This document shows positions 8,168 through 18,243 of a stretch of 64,000 nucleotides of DNA, one piece after another. The translations under genes were made by a program, and so were the position numbers. Source of the stretch: an uncultured Thermoguttaceae bacterium (lineage in GTDB: Bacteria > Planctomycetota > Planctomycetia > Pirellulales > Thermoguttaceae); the NCBI GenBank assembly GCA_965195225.1, contig CBDAFL010000085.1, forward strand, positions 82,120-146,119, read 5' to 3'. The notes under the pieces are model-generated. The model did not search any database. It was not told where the DNA came from and worked only from the letters and a program-made list of their open reading frames with translations. The number at the start of each line of letters is the position of its first letter. Positions within the stretch are counted from its first letter, which is position 1.

Positions 8168-9964
8168 ATGAAACATATTCGGAACTTTTGCATTATCGCC
8201 CATATTGACCATGGCAAGTCGACTCTGGCCGATCGACTGATCCAGGCCTGTGGCGGCGTTGCGCAACGCGATTTTCGCAATCAACTGCTCGACGCGATGG
8301 ATATCGAGCGTGAACGGGGTATTACGATTAAGAGTAATTCGATCACGCTCTCCTACCGTGCCCCGGACGGTCAAGACTATCTGCTGAATCTCATCGACAC
8401 CCCTGGCCATGTCGATTTTTCGCACGAAGTACGGCGTTCACTCATGGCTTGCGAAGGCGCCTTGATTGTTATAGACGCTTCTCAGGGGGTCGAGGCGCAG
8501 ACGGTCGCCAACCTCTATCTGGCCCTGGATAATAATCTGGAGCTTCTGCCGGTGATCAATAAGATCGATCTGTCGGCCGCGGACGTCGAGCGTGTGCGCG
8601 AGGAGATTGATGCGGATTTGGGGCTGGATCCGTTCGAGGCGATACCCGTTTCCGCAAAGACCGGCCTCGGCGTTGAAGACGTGCTCGCGGGAATCGTCGA
8701 GAAGTTGCCTTGTCCAAAGGGCGACCCGGACGCGCCGCTGAAAGCCTTGGTCTTCGACGCTCATTTCGATCAGTATCGAGGGGTGATTCTCCAGTGTCGC
8801 ATCATGGAAGGCACGCTGAAACCACGCGACACAATCCATTTCATGCACATGGGCTGCGATTATACGGTGGAGGAGTTGGGCTTCAATCAGTTGAGGCTCA
8901 ATCCAAAAGAGCAGCTCGGCGCCGGGGAGGTGGGGTATATCGTCGCCGGAATCAAGAGCGTACGGGAGATCGAGATCGGCGATACGATCACTCACCTCGA
9001 TCGCCAAGCGGCGGAACCGGTCCCAGGCTATCAGGAAGCGAAACAGGTCGTCTTTTCCTCGATCTATCCGATGAACACCAATCAGTACAAGGACCTCAGC
9101 AAGGCTCTGGACAAACTGGCAATCAACGATGCGGCGCTCACCTATGAAAAAGATAGTTCGGCGGCCCTTGGTTTCGGATTTCGTTGCGGGTTTCTCGGCC
9201 TTCTTCACCTGGACGTGGTTCAGGAGCGTTTGCAGCGGGAATTCGACATCGGACTGGTCATCTCGGCCCCATCGGTAAAGTACAAGGTGACCTTGAAGGG
9301 CGGCAAGACGATAGATGTAGACAACCCCAGCTACTGGCCCGATCCGATGAAGATCGACTCGGTCACCGAGCCATACATTAAGACCTCTATTCTTACCCCC
9401 GAAGTGTACGTCGGTCCCGTCATGGAGCTATGCCGCGAACATCGCTCGGAGAGTCAGACGATAAATTATCTCTCCGTGGGCCGGGTCGAAGTGATTAGCG
9501 AGATGCCGCTCGGAGAGGTGCTCTTCGATTTCTACGGCAAGCTCAAGACGATCACACGAGGCTACGGATCGTTTGACTATGATCCGATCGAATATCGAGA
9601 CACCGACGTTGTGAAGGTCGATATCCTGGTCAACAAGGAGCCGGTCGATACGCTTTCCTATCTGGTCCATCGCGACAAGGCGCGAAAACGGGCGCTTCAC
9701 TACTGCGAACAACTTGCCGAAGCGATTCCCCGCCACCAGTTCAAGATTCCGGTCCAGGGCGTCATCGGCGGCACGATCATCGCCCGATCGACGATCCAGC
9801 CTTACCGCAAGGACGTAACCGCAAAGTGCTATGGCGGCGACGTTACACGTAAGAACAAGCTCCTCGACAAACAGAAGAAGGGCAAGGCGAAAATGAAGCA
9901 GGTCGGCCAGGTCCAGATACCCCAAAAAGCCTTCGTCTCGGTCCTTTGCGCCGACAGGGATTAG
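8168..9964 (+). CDS. lepA: Elongation factor 4 (LepA)
   Basis: IRNFCIIAHIDHGKSTLADRL, DTPGHVDF and NKIDL GTPase motifs. 598 aa. Characteristic LepA C-terminus (...KCYGGDVTRKNKLLDKQKKGK). Confidence 0.95.
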   Translation: MKHIRNFCIIAHIDHGKSTLADRLIQACGGVAQRDFRNQLLDAMDIERERGITIKSNSITLSYRAPDGQDYLLNLIDTPGHVDFSHEVRRSLMACEGALIVIDASQGVEAQTVANLYLALDNNLELLPVINKIDLSAADVERVREEIDADLGLDPFEAIPVSAKTGLGVEDVLAGIVEKLPCPKGDPDAPLKALVFDAHFDQYRGVILQCRIMEGTLKPRDTIHFMHMGCDYTVEELGFNQLRLNPKEQLGAGEVGYIVAGIKSVREIEIGDTITHLDRQAAEPVPGYQEAKQVVFSSIYPMNTNQYKDLSKALDKLAINDAALTYEKDSSAALGFGFRCGFLGLLHLDVVQERLQREFDIGLVISAPSVKYKVTLKGGKTIDVDNPSYWPDPMKIDSVTEPYIKTSILTPEVYVGPVMELCREHRSESQTINYLSVGRVEVISEMPLGEVLFDFYGKLKTITRGYGSFDYDPIEYRDTDVVKVDILVNKEPVDTLSYLVHRDKARKRALHYCEQLAEAIPRHQFKIPVQGVIGGTIIARSTIQPYRKDVTAKCYGGDVTRKNKLLDKQKKGKAKMKQVGQVQIPQKAFVSVLCADRD

Positions 9965-10000
9965 ATGAGTAGGACAGGATGGTATCCTGTCCCCCTCATC
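9964..10000. repeat. Palindromic hairpin of the GGACAGG...CCTGTCC family just after lepA (possible terminator)
   Basis: GATGAG-T-AGGACAGGAT-GGT-ATCCTGTCC-CCC-CTCATC was read directly. A second hairpin, CACTGGC-AGA-GCCAGTG, follows at about 10023-10045. Confidence 0.6.
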
Positions 10001-10165
10001 CACTCGCGCGTGGCGGTGGATTTGGCACTGGCAGAGCCAGTGGCACACTTCAACCTTCAACAGTGCCACCCAGCCGGACCGGATACTTGCCGTCCTCATC
10101 GCCGATGCCAAGGTCGGTGCGGCGGCGGAGCGTTTTGATCTTCTCAACGTCCGTCACCTCGCCCA

Positions 10166-10474
10166 TCACACGATCTCTCTGATCTCCTGAGCCACGACCA
10201 GGGCTTGGTTCGCCGCCTTAACGCTGCCAACGACCTTGAGAAAAGCCAGAGCCGCTTTGACCTCGGGGATGCCGATGCCTCCCTTGGCGACAACTTTCCT
10301 CACCGCCTGCCGCCGCTTGTTGTGGGTGGTCTTGATGTTGCTGACGTAGTTATTGCTGATCTTGATGCCCTTCTTCGCCAGTGCAGCGACCACTTCCACG
10401 TTCTTCGCCTTCGGGTGCGCCTTGAGATACTCCTTCACGGCATGGGTCTTGTTCACTTGTTTCTTCTTGGCCAT
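10166..10474 (-). CDS. Small basic hypothetical protein (102 aa)
   Basis: The internal ATG at 10474 gives MAKKKQVNKTHAVKEYLKAHPKAKNVEVV... The upstream part of the 169-aa ORF looks non-coding. Function unknown. Confidence 0.55.
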   Translation of the reverse strand: MAKKKQVNKTHAVKEYLKAHPKAKNVEVVAALAKKGIKISNNYVSNIKTTHNKRRQAVRKVVAKGGIGIPEVKAALAFLKVVGSVKAANQALVVAQEIREIV

Positions 10475-10671
10475 GATTGTGGCTCCTTGTAGTTGGGATG
10501 GTTGAAACCGCAGGATTAGTCTACCAGTTGAGTCAAAGTGCGTGAATCCCCTCGCCACCGATAGCCACCGATAAAGGGATCGTACAAACAAAGTGCCCGA
10601 CCCCGTAAATCTCCCGCCCTCGCCCCCGGCCCCTCTCCCTTTGGGGGAGGGGAGATTTTTATAACACGTTC

Positions 10672-11949
10672 TCACACTGCCTGTCTGCGGCGAACCTTGG
10701 GGCCGCGTCGTTGGCCGTAGAAACGTTTTCCACTCGCCGGGCGCGATGAATACGAGGGCTTGCCCGGTCCTTTTTTATGACCGGAACGCACCTCTTTCAC
10801 AGGCTCGGCGGTCGTCATGCCCTCGGGACCTTGCTCGACGGAGAGCGTTTGGCGGGTGAGACGTTGGATGGCCTGCAAACTCGACCGCTCGCCGTGATCG
10901 CAGAACGAGACGGCCACGCCGTCCGCGCCCGCCCGGCCCGTGCGGCCGATGCGATGGATGTAGTTGTCGGCATCGCCCGGCAAATCGTAGTTCACCACGT
11001 GCGAGACATCGTTGATGTCCAGCCCGCGGGCGGCAATGTCGGTGGCCACCAGAACCAGCGGCTGCGGCGCCTTGAAGCGAAGCAATACGCGCTGCCGCGC
11101 CGATTGGCTCTTGTTGCTGTGAAAGGCGTCGGCCTGAATGCCGGCCTTCACCAGCGATTTGACTATCTTGTCCGCGCCATACTTGGTGCGTGTAAACACC
11201 AGCGTCCGCGTCCAGGGCGTCTCTTGCAGCCAATGGGTGAGCAGCTTCAGTTTCTGCTTCTGGTCGACAAAAAACACCGATTGCCGAATCGTTTCCAACG
11301 TGACCGAGGCGGGCGCGACATGCACGTCCACCGGATCGGTCAACCATTGGCTGGCCAGCGTGCGGATGGTCGAGGGCAGCGTGGCGGAAAACAGCAGCGT
11401 TTGCCGCCGGCGCGGAACCTTTTCCACAATCCGCCGCAGATCGTGGATAAAGCCCATGTCGAGCATCCGATCGGCCTCGTCGAGGATCAACACCTCGACG
11501 TGCGACAGGTCCACGTGGCCTTGCTGCATCAGGTCCAGCAATCGTCCCGGGGTGGCGATCAAGACGTCCACGCCCTTGTTCAACGCATGCACTTGCGGCG
11601 ATTGGCCCACGCCGCCGTAAATCGCGACTTGTCGCACGGTGGTATAGCGGCCGTAAGTCTGAAAGCTTTGGCCGATTTGCAGCGCCAGTTCGCGTGTAGG
11701 CGCAAGCACCAGCGTGCGGATCTTCCGCCCGCGCCCATTGACGCGGCACTCTTTGCGGCTGAGTCGCTGCAAGGTGGGCAAAGCGAACGCGGCTGTTTTG
11801 CCGGTTCCGGTCTGCGCGCAGCCCAGCACGTCGCGTCCTTCGAGGACTGGGGGAATGGCGGCGGCCTGAATTTTGGTGGTGGTGGGGTAGCCCTGCGCAC
11901 GAACGGCGCGCAAGAGCGGCTCGGCGAGGCCGAGATCTTCGAACTTCAT
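10672..11949 (-). CDS. rhlE: DEAD-box ATP-dependent RNA helicase (RhlE-like)
   Basis: Q-motif region, AQTGTGKTAAF (motif I), LILDEADRMLDMGF (DEAD), FSATLP (SAT), HRIGRTGRAG (motif VI) and a basic C-terminal tail. Start taken at MKFEDLGL (ATG 11949). Confidence 0.9.
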   Translation of the reverse strand: MKFEDLGLAEPLLRAVRAQGYPTTTKIQAAAIPPVLEGRDVLGCAQTGTGKTAAFALPTLQRLSRKECRVNGRGRKIRTLVLAPTRELALQIGQSFQTYGRYTTVRQVAIYGGVGQSPQVHALNKGVDVLIATPGRLLDLMQQGHVDLSHVEVLILDEADRMLDMGFIHDLRRIVEKVPRRRQTLLFSATLPSTIRTLASQWLTDPVDVHVAPASVTLETIRQSVFFVDQKQKLKLLTHWLQETPWTRTLVFTRTKYGADKIVKSLVKAGIQADAFHSNKSQSARQRVLLRFKAPQPLVLVATDIAARGLDINDVSHVVNYDLPGDADNYIHRIGRTGRAGADGVAVSFCDHGERSSLQAIQRLTRQTLSVEQGPEGMTTAEPVKEVRSGHKKGPGKPSYSSRPASGKRFYGQRRGPKVRRRQAV

Positions 11950-12569
11950 CAACGCTTCCTTCACTAACGGCTTTCCAAGACGAACGCAAGCCACGACAGC
12001 CAACCGGGCATACAGGGTGCGGCACCCGACCCCAATATTGATGAGGTCCTCGCAATCGAGACTTCGGCACAAAGGCACGGCCTGGGGCCGAGGGTGCAAG
12101 AAAGATCAAAGGCAGCCGTAGGCATGAAACCTCGCCAGACCGCTGGGTCGGGCAAAGTGGCTGCTACAGAAGAAGCATATGAACGCACGACGCCAGCCGA
12201 AACCCGCGCCGCTCTCGCACGTCACGAACAACTCAATATAGCACCCCCTCCGGCAGTGTCAAGTGGTCTTTCGCCCCAAAATCCAATCGGGCTGTCCAGC
12301 GGGAGCCCATCGTGCTATAATCCTCACTTTGGGGAATGGATCGAAGCCCCCTCAGCTTCCCTCCGGATATTTCGCTCCGAGTCGCATGTTGGCGGCCTGC
12401 CGCGGATGTCTCTTGGATTGCGGCTGATTCGCTTGCTTTGTCGGCGCGGCAGTTGTTCTGTCGCTTGCCCCGGACCTGGGGTGGCGGTACGACTGCCACC
12501 CCGACGTAACCTGTCCGCAGAGTTCTGACGGACCACAATTTTCGGCTTCAGCGGCCAGATGGAGTGTTC

Positions 12570-12785
12570 ATGGCGAGAGACAAGAATACCTACGCCAAAC
12601 GTCAACGGGAAACGCTTAAGCGGCAGAAGGCGGAGGCGAAGCAAGAACGTCGCCGGATTCGCAAGGAGCAGACAGGCGACCCGGACGCCCAAATCGAGCC
12701 AAGCGATGACGTTAGCGATGACGTTAGCGATAGCGATAGTGTCAGTGTCAGAGAGGAAGAAGAGAAAGAGGTCGGGAGTCTTTGA
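12570..12785 (+). CDS. Small highly charged hypothetical protein (71 aa)
   Basis: GGAG lies 6 nt upstream of ATG 12570. The N-half is basic (KRQRETLKRQKAEAKQERRRIRKEQ). The acidic C-half is encoded by short tandem DNA repeats (GATGACGTTAGC x2). Confidence 0.4.
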   Translation: MARDKNTYAKRQRETLKRQKAEAKQERRRIRKEQTGDPDAQIEPSDDVSDDVSDSDSVSVREEEEKEVGSL

Positions 12786-12820
12786 TTGTACCAAGCAATC
12801 CCAAAGCACCTCACTCATCA

Positions 12821-12900
12821 CCTGAGTTTTGGATAAGAAAATAGCCGAGGGCTGTTAGCCCCCGGCTATTTCGATGATGTGACCCCATCCAAAACTCAGG
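12821..12900 (+). terminator. Nested hairpins downstream of the small charged ORF
   Basis: Outer inverted repeat CCTGAGTTTTGGAT (12821-12834) / ATCCAAAACTCAGG (12887-12900). Inner stem ATAGCCG.GGGC / GCCC.CGGCTAT followed by TTTCG. Confidence 0.4.
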
Positions 12901-13054
12901 TTCATCGGTATTCCTCCCTCGTCTCACGGCGACGTGTTCAGAAGAAACGGTTCCCCGTCTTCTCCCAACAAGAAACCCATCCACCCCCCGGCGGGGTGCA
13001 TTGCAGGGGAATATCCCGCGCGGTAAGTTGATTGATTCTTCGCGTCCGAAGAAA

Positions 13055-13135
13055 GTAGGGCGGGTCGAGCGAAGCGTAGCCCCACCGCGTTTTCCCCGCT
13101 GCTGGTGGGGCTTCGCTCCGCTTGACCCGCCCTAC
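13055..13135. repeat. Long imperfect inverted repeat (32-nt arms) upstream of the PFOR gene
   Basis: GTAGGGCGGGTCGAGCGAAGCGTAGCCCCACC (13055-13086) faces GGTGGGGCTTCGCTCCGCTTGACCCGCCCTAC (13104-13135). Confidence 0.7.
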
Positions 13136-13194
13136 ACAGTCGCGATGTCGGACTGAGAGCAGCAAGTTTTTATCTTGAATCGAGGAGATTGACC

Positions 13195-16100
13195 GTGGAA
13201 AACAGACGCTTTGTGACCGTCGATGGCAATGAAGCGACGGCCAACGTCGCCCATATGTGCAACGAAGTGATGGCGATATACCCGATCACGCCTTCATCGG
13301 GGTTGGGCGAGATGCCCGACGCCTGGGCAGCCGCCGGGCGAAAAAACATTTTCGGCACGGTGCCACACGTGGTCGAGATGCAGAGCGAAGCCGGGGCCGC
13401 CGGCGCGGTCCACGGCGCGTTGCAGGCCGGGGCACTGACGACCACCTTTACGGCCTCGCAGGGATTGCTGTTGATGATCCCCAACATGTTCAAGATCGCC
13501 GGCGAGTTGACGCCGACCGTCTTTCATGTGACCGCGCGGACGATCGCCACGCACGCCCTGTCGATTTTCGGAGACCACAGCGACGTGATGGCCTGCCGAT
13601 CTACCGGTTGGGCAATGCTCGCCTCGGCCTCGGTTCAAGAGTCGCAGGACATGGCGTTGATTTCGCAGGCCGCCACGCTCGAAACCCGCGTCCCCTTCAT
13701 CCACTTCTACGAGGGTTTCCGCATCTCGCACGAAGTGAACAAGATCGAGCAGATTACCGAGGACGACGCCAGGGCGATGATCGACATGGACCTGGTCGCC
13801 GCCCATCGCGAGCGTGCCCTCTCGCCCGAGCGGCCGAAGCTCCGCGGCACGGCCCAGAACCCGGACACGTTTTTCCAGGCCCGCGAGGCGTGCAATAACT
13901 TCTACGACGTCTGCCCCGCGATCGTGCAGAAGCATATGGACAAGTTCGCCAAGCTGACCGGCCGGCAGTATCATCTGTTCGACTACGTCGGCGCTCCGGA
14001 CGCCGATCGGGTAATCGTAATCATGGGCTCCGGCGACGGAGTGGTCGAGGAAACGATCGAGTACCTGATGGCCCAGGGCGAGAAGGTCGGCGTGTTGAAG
14101 GTCAGATTGTACCGTCCGTGGGACAGTCGGGCATTCATGGCGGCGCTGCCGAAGTCGGTCGAGAAGATCGCCGTGCTCGATCGCACGAAGGAACCGGGCG
14201 CGGTCGGCGAACCACTCTATCAGGACGTGGTCACCGTGTTGTCGGAGCTTGGTGAAGGCGAGAAGACACCACACGTCATCGGCGGCCGCTACGGGCTCTC
14301 GTCGAAGGAATTCACGCCCGCGATGGTCGCCGGCGTGTACGACGAGTTGAAGAAGCCGCAGCCCAAGCGGCAGTTTACCGTCGGCATCAACGACGACGTG
14401 ACGAAAATCAGCTTGGACTACGATCACGACTTCTCGACCGAACGGGACGACGTGGTCCGGGCGGTGTTCTTCGGCCTGGGTAGCGATGGCACGGTAAGCG
14501 CCAACCGCAACTCCGTGAAGATCATCGGTGAAAACACACCCTTGCACGCACAGGGTTATTTCGTCTACGACTCGCGCAAGGCCGGTTCGGTCACCACCTC
14601 TCACGTCCGATTCAGTCCTCGGCCGATCAAGGGTTCGTATCTGGTCCACAAGGCCAATTTCGTGGCCTGCCATCAGTTCCACTTCCTCGAACGGATCGAC
14701 GTCCTTTCGATGGCCATTCCGGGCGCTACGTTCCTGTTGACCAGCCCCTATCCGGCCGATCAGGTCTGGGACCACCTGCCCGTCGAGGTACAGAAGCAGA
14801 TCATCGACAAGAAGCTGAAGTTATACGTGATCGACGCGCTCAAGGTGGCCCGCGAGACGGAGATGGGCGTTCGGATCAACACGATCATGCAAACCTGCTT
14901 CTTCAAGTTGGCCAATGTGATCCCGGCCGACGAGGCCATCTCGCAAATCAAGGAGGCCATCAAACGGACCTACGGTAAGAAGGGCGGCGGCAAGATCGTC
15001 GAGCGGAACAACGCGGCGGTCGACGCCTCGCTGGCCGCCTTGTACGAGGTGAAATATCCGGCCGAGGCCACTTCCAAGCTACACATGACTCCGCCGGTCC
15101 CCGACCATGCCCCGGCGTTTGTCAAGGACGTATTGGGGACGATGATCGCCAACCGCGGCGACGAGTTGCCGGTAAGCGCCTTCCCTTGCGATGGCACTTA
15201 CCCGACCGCCACCACGCAGTACGAAAAGCGGAGCGTCGCTCATAGCGTCCCCATCTGGGATCCGAATATCTGCATACAGTGTGGACTATGTTCATTGGTA
15301 TGTCCCCACGCCGCGATCCGCATGAAGGCGTTCGATCCGGCTTTGATGGCCAAAGCGCCGAAGGGATTCAAGGCGACCGATTTCAAGGGGAAGGAGTTCC
15401 CCGGCTGGAAGTTCGTTGTCCAGGTGGCCCCCGACGATTGCACCGGCTGTGGGCTATGCACGGGAATCTGTCCGGCCAAGGACAAGGAGCGAGTCAAGCA
15501 CAAGGCGATCGACCTGGAGCCGAAGCTCGACCACCTGGAGCGTGAGCAGGCCAACTGGGACTACTTCCTCTCGTTGCCCGAGGTTGACCGCTCCCAGGTC
15601 AAGCCGGCAACGATCAAGGGTTCGCAATTGTTGGCGCCGCTGTTCGAGTTCTCCGGGGCCTGCGCCGGCTGCGGCGAAACGCCCTACGTCAAGCTGTTGA
15701 CGCAGTTCTTCGGCGACCGGATGTTGATTGCCAACGCCACGGGCTGCTCGTCGATCTACGGCGGCAACCTACCCTGCACGCCCTACTGCCAAAACAGCGA
15801 AGGCCGAGGCCCATCCTGGTCGAACTCGCTGTTCGAGGACTCGGCCGAATTCGGTTTCGGGTTCCGCCTGGCGGCCGATCAGCAGGCCGAATACGCCCAC
15901 GAGTTGTTGCGCCGGCTGGCGTCCGATTTGGGCGACGATTTGGTCACGGCGCTTATCGACTGCAAGCAGGAGGCCGAGGAGGAGATTTTCGCCCAGCGGG
16001 AACGGGTGGCCGAGCTGCTCAAGCGGCTGGCGAAAATCGACTCGCCGGAAGCGAAAAACCTGCTGGCCTCGGCCGATTACCTGATCCGCAAGAGCGTATG

Positions 16101-16806
16101 GAGCTTCGGCGGCGACGGTTGGGCATACGACATCGGCTTCGGCGGCCTAGACCACGTGGTGGCCTCCGGCCGCGACATTAACATCCTGGTGTTGGACACC
16201 GAGATCTACTCGAACACGGGCGGGCAGGCGTCGAAGTCCACCTTCCGCGGAGCGGTGGCGAAGTTCGCCGCCGCCGGCAAACCCGGCTGCAAGAAAGACC
16301 TCGGCCTGATCGCCATGTCCTACGGCAACGTGTTCGTCGGCTCGATCTCGCTGGGGGCCAACCCGATGCACGCGATCCGCACGATCCGCGCGGCGGAGTC
16401 GTATCGCGGCCCCTCGCTGCTGATCGCCTTCTCGCACTGTATCGGCTGGGGTATCGACATGTCGCAGGGTATGAACATCCAAAAAGAGGCGGTGGCTTGC
16501 GGCTACTGGCCGCTGTGGAGTTTCGACCCGCGCAACGAATCGCAGCCGTTCCAGTTGGCCAGCAAGCAACCGACGGGCACTTTCGAGGATTTCGCCATGA
16601 AGGAGGCCCGCTTCGCCATGCTGGCCCGTTCCAAGCCCGAGGACTCGGCCCGCCTGCTGACCCTTGGACAACAGGACATCGACAAACGGTTTCATTTCTA
16701 CGAGCAGTTGGCCGGCGTGGACCGGGTGGTGGCCGGCGCGGCCGCGGCGGAGGCCGGCGGAAACGGCGAGACTAAAGCCAAGGACGCAAAGGAGGTGGAA
16801 GCATGA
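13195..16806 (+). CDS. nifJ: Pyruvate:ferredoxin (flavodoxin) oxidoreductase, single-chain
   Basis: About 1200 aa. DGNEATANVAH N-terminus. Two 4Fe-4S motifs (CIQCGLCSLVCP, CTGCGLCTGICP). TPP-binding GGDGWAYDIGFGGLDHV. GTG 13195 lies 7 nt after GAGGAG and is preferred over TTG 13189. Confidence 0.95.
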   Translation: MENRRFVTVDGNEATANVAHMCNEVMAIYPITPSSGLGEMPDAWAAAGRKNIFGTVPHVVEMQSEAGAAGAVHGALQAGALTTTFTASQGLLLMIPNMFKIAGELTPTVFHVTARTIATHALSIFGDHSDVMACRSTGWAMLASASVQESQDMALISQAATLETRVPFIHFYEGFRISHEVNKIEQITEDDARAMIDMDLVAAHRERALSPERPKLRGTAQNPDTFFQAREACNNFYDVCPAIVQKHMDKFAKLTGRQYHLFDYVGAPDADRVIVIMGSGDGVVEETIEYLMAQGEKVGVLKVRLYRPWDSRAFMAALPKSVEKIAVLDRTKEPGAVGEPLYQDVVTVLSELGEGEKTPHVIGGRYGLSSKEFTPAMVAGVYDELKKPQPKRQFTVGINDDVTKISLDYDHDFSTERDDVVRAVFFGLGSDGTVSANRNSVKIIGENTPLHAQGYFVYDSRKAGSVTTSHVRFSPRPIKGSYLVHKANFVACHQFHFLERIDVLSMAIPGATFLLTSPYPADQVWDHLPVEVQKQIIDKKLKLYVIDALKVARETEMGVRINTIMQTCFFKLANVIPADEAISQIKEAIKRTYGKKGGGKIVERNNAAVDASLAALYEVKYPAEATSKLHMTPPVPDHAPAFVKDVLGTMIANRGDELPVSAFPCDGTYPTATTQYEKRSVAHSVPIWDPNICIQCGLCSLVCPHAAIRMKAFDPALMAKAPKGFKATDFKGKEFPGWKFVVQVAPDDCTGCGLCTGICPAKDKERVKHKAIDLEPKLDHLEREQANWDYFLSLPEVDRSQVKPATIKGSQLLAPLFEFSGACAGCGETPYVKLLTQFFGDRMLIANATGCSSIYGGNLPCTPYCQNSEGRGPSWSNSLFEDSAEFGFGFRLAADQQAEYAHELLRRLASDLGDDLVTALIDCKQEAEEEIFAQRERVAELLKRLAKIDSPEAKNLLASADYLIRKSVWSFGGDGWAYDIGFGGLDHVVASGRDINILVLDTEIYSNTGGQASKSTFRGAVAKFAAAGKPGCKKDLGLIAMSYGNVFVGSISLGANPMHAIRTIRAAESYRGPSLLIAFSHCIGWGIDMSQGMNIQKEAVACGYWPLWSFDPRNESQPFQLASKQPTGTFEDFAMKEARFAMLARSKPEDSARLLTLGQQDIDKRFHFYEQLAGVDRVVAGAAAAEAGGNGETKAKDAKEVEA

Positions 16807-17810
16807 GCGCGGAACTGAATACGACCTATCTGGGACTGAAATTGAAAAACCCGCTGGTTGTTTCCGCCTGCCCTTTGACGGCGGAGATCGACCAGCTTAA
16901 ACGGCTCGAGCAGGCCGGCGCGGCCGCGGCCGTACTGCCGTCGTTGTTCGAGGAGCAGATCGAACACGATTCGATGCAGGTGGCCGAGGCCCAGGAGTTC
17001 GGCACGGAAAGCTTCGCCGAGGCGCTGACCTATTTCCCTCAGCAGGACGAATACCGCTCCGGGCCGGAAAAATACCTGGAGACGATCGTCAAGGCGAAGA
17101 AAGCGGTGGCCATTCCGATCGTCGCCAGCATCAACGGCACGAGCAAGGGGGGATGGGTCCGCTACGCCAAGATGATGCAAGAGGCCGGCGCCGATGCGCT
17201 GGAGCTGAACGTCTACTTCGTGCCCGGCGAGTTGGAAATGACCGGCAAGGACGTTGAGGACCGTTATCTTGAACTGGTCGCCACGGTGAAGGGGTCGATT
17301 TCGATCCCGCTGGCGGTCAAGGTCGGGCCATATTTCAGCTCGATGGGCAACATGGCCGTTCGGCTGGTCGAGGCCGGCGCCGATGGCCTGGTCTTGTTCA
17401 ACCGGTTCTTCCATCCCGACATCGACCTGGAGAAGATGGAAACCCATCCGCAGTTGCATCTTAGCACCTCGGCCGAGTTGTCGGTGCCGCTACGTTGGAT
17501 CGCCCTGCTTCACGGTCGGGCGAAGGCCTCGTTGGCCGCCACCAGCGGCATCCACGACGCACCCGGCCTGTTGAAGGCCCTCTTGGCAGGCGCCGACGTC
17601 GGCATGATCGCCTCGGTCCTTTACCAGAAGGGGATCGGCGAGGTGAGCGAAATCCTCGCCGGATTGAGCAAGTGGATGGAAGAGAAGGAATACTCCTCGG
17701 TCGAGCAACTCAAGGGGAGCATGAGCCGCGAGAACTGTCCCGACCCGTCCGCCTTCCAGCGCGGCAACTACATGAAGACGCTGACCTCGTTTGTCGGCAA
17801 GGCGATTTAG
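16803..17810 (+). CDS. Dihydroorotate dehydrogenase-like (PyrD family) protein, PFOR-associated
   Basis: 4-nt ATGA overlap with nifJ. TIM-barrel DHOD-like N-terminus (LKLKNPLVVSACPLT), central SINGTS and LELNVY segments. Confidence 0.75.
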   Translation: MSAELNTTYLGLKLKNPLVVSACPLTAEIDQLKRLEQAGAAAAVLPSLFEEQIEHDSMQVAEAQEFGTESFAEALTYFPQQDEYRSGPEKYLETIVKAKKAVAIPIVASINGTSKGGWVRYAKMMQEAGADALELNVYFVPGELEMTGKDVEDRYLELVATVKGSISIPLAVKVGPYFSSMGNMAVRLVEAGADGLVLFNRFFHPDIDLEKMETHPQLHLSTSAELSVPLRWIALLHGRAKASLAATSGIHDAPGLLKALLAGADVGMIASVLYQKGIGEVSEILAGLSKWMEEKEYSSVEQLKGSMSRENCPDPSAFQRGNYMKTLTSFVGKAI

Positions 17811-18006
17811 TGGGTAGTGGATAGCAGCCGGCGGCCAACAGCCGCCGGAGTTCATCCGTTGCCGATTCTCATATACAGAAGCCAGGGCGGCGAGTGGCCT
17901 GCCGCCTTGGCTTTGTGTATTGAAGAGCACTTTGTCTTGAATAAGTTGGAATGGGTTTCAAAGCACGGCATAATTGAGACACACTATCCGATAGTGGAGT
18001 CTTGCC

Positions 18007-18243
18007 ATGTCGTATCGCGGTCATGTGGAAAATGGCGCCGTTGTTCTCGACGATGCGGTTGTTCTTCCAGAAGGCGCATCCGTGCAAGTCGATCTTTTGC
18101 GAGATCAGAACCAAACTGCAACGGAAGAGACGGGAGCTTCGCTTTACGAACGGCTGAAGCCGGTGATCGGTACGGCTCAAGGACTTCCGTCCGACGCGGC
18201 CCTGAATGTTGACCACTATCTTTACGGGCATCCCAAACGATGA
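18007..18243 (+). CDS. Antitoxin-like protein (AF2212/DUF104-type, partner of PIN toxins)
   Basis: MSYRGHVENGAVVLDDAVVLPEGASVQVDLL plus C-terminal LNVDHYLYGHPK is the usual pattern of small antitoxins encoded upstream of VapC genes. Its stop overlaps the next ATG (ATGA). Confidence 0.6.
   Translation: MSYRGHVENGAVVLDDAVVLPEGASVQVDLLRDQNQTATEETGASLYERLKPVIGTAQGLPSDAALNVDHYLYGHPKR

Noticed and set aside
10023-10045. TGGCAC motifs as sigma-54 -24 elements (also in the palindromes at 29.8 kb, 38.7 kb and 53.1 kb), given the NtrC-type activator in the window
   Set aside because: In every case the TGGCAC is part of a palindromic repeat arm. No properly spaced TTGC(A/T) -12 element follows, and most copies lie downstream of genes.
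10775-12109. 444-aa alternate-frame ORF and 396-aa antisense ORF overlapping the DEAD-box helicase
   Set aside because: The helicase frame carries all canonical motifs. The others are low-complexity Arg/Pro/Gly-rich shadows.
13294-14775. 493-aa antisense ORF, and several alternate-frame ORFs, inside the PFOR gene
   Set aside because: Shadow ORFs of a clearly identified 1200-aa enzyme gene. Their composition is typical of GC-rich out-of-frame translation.
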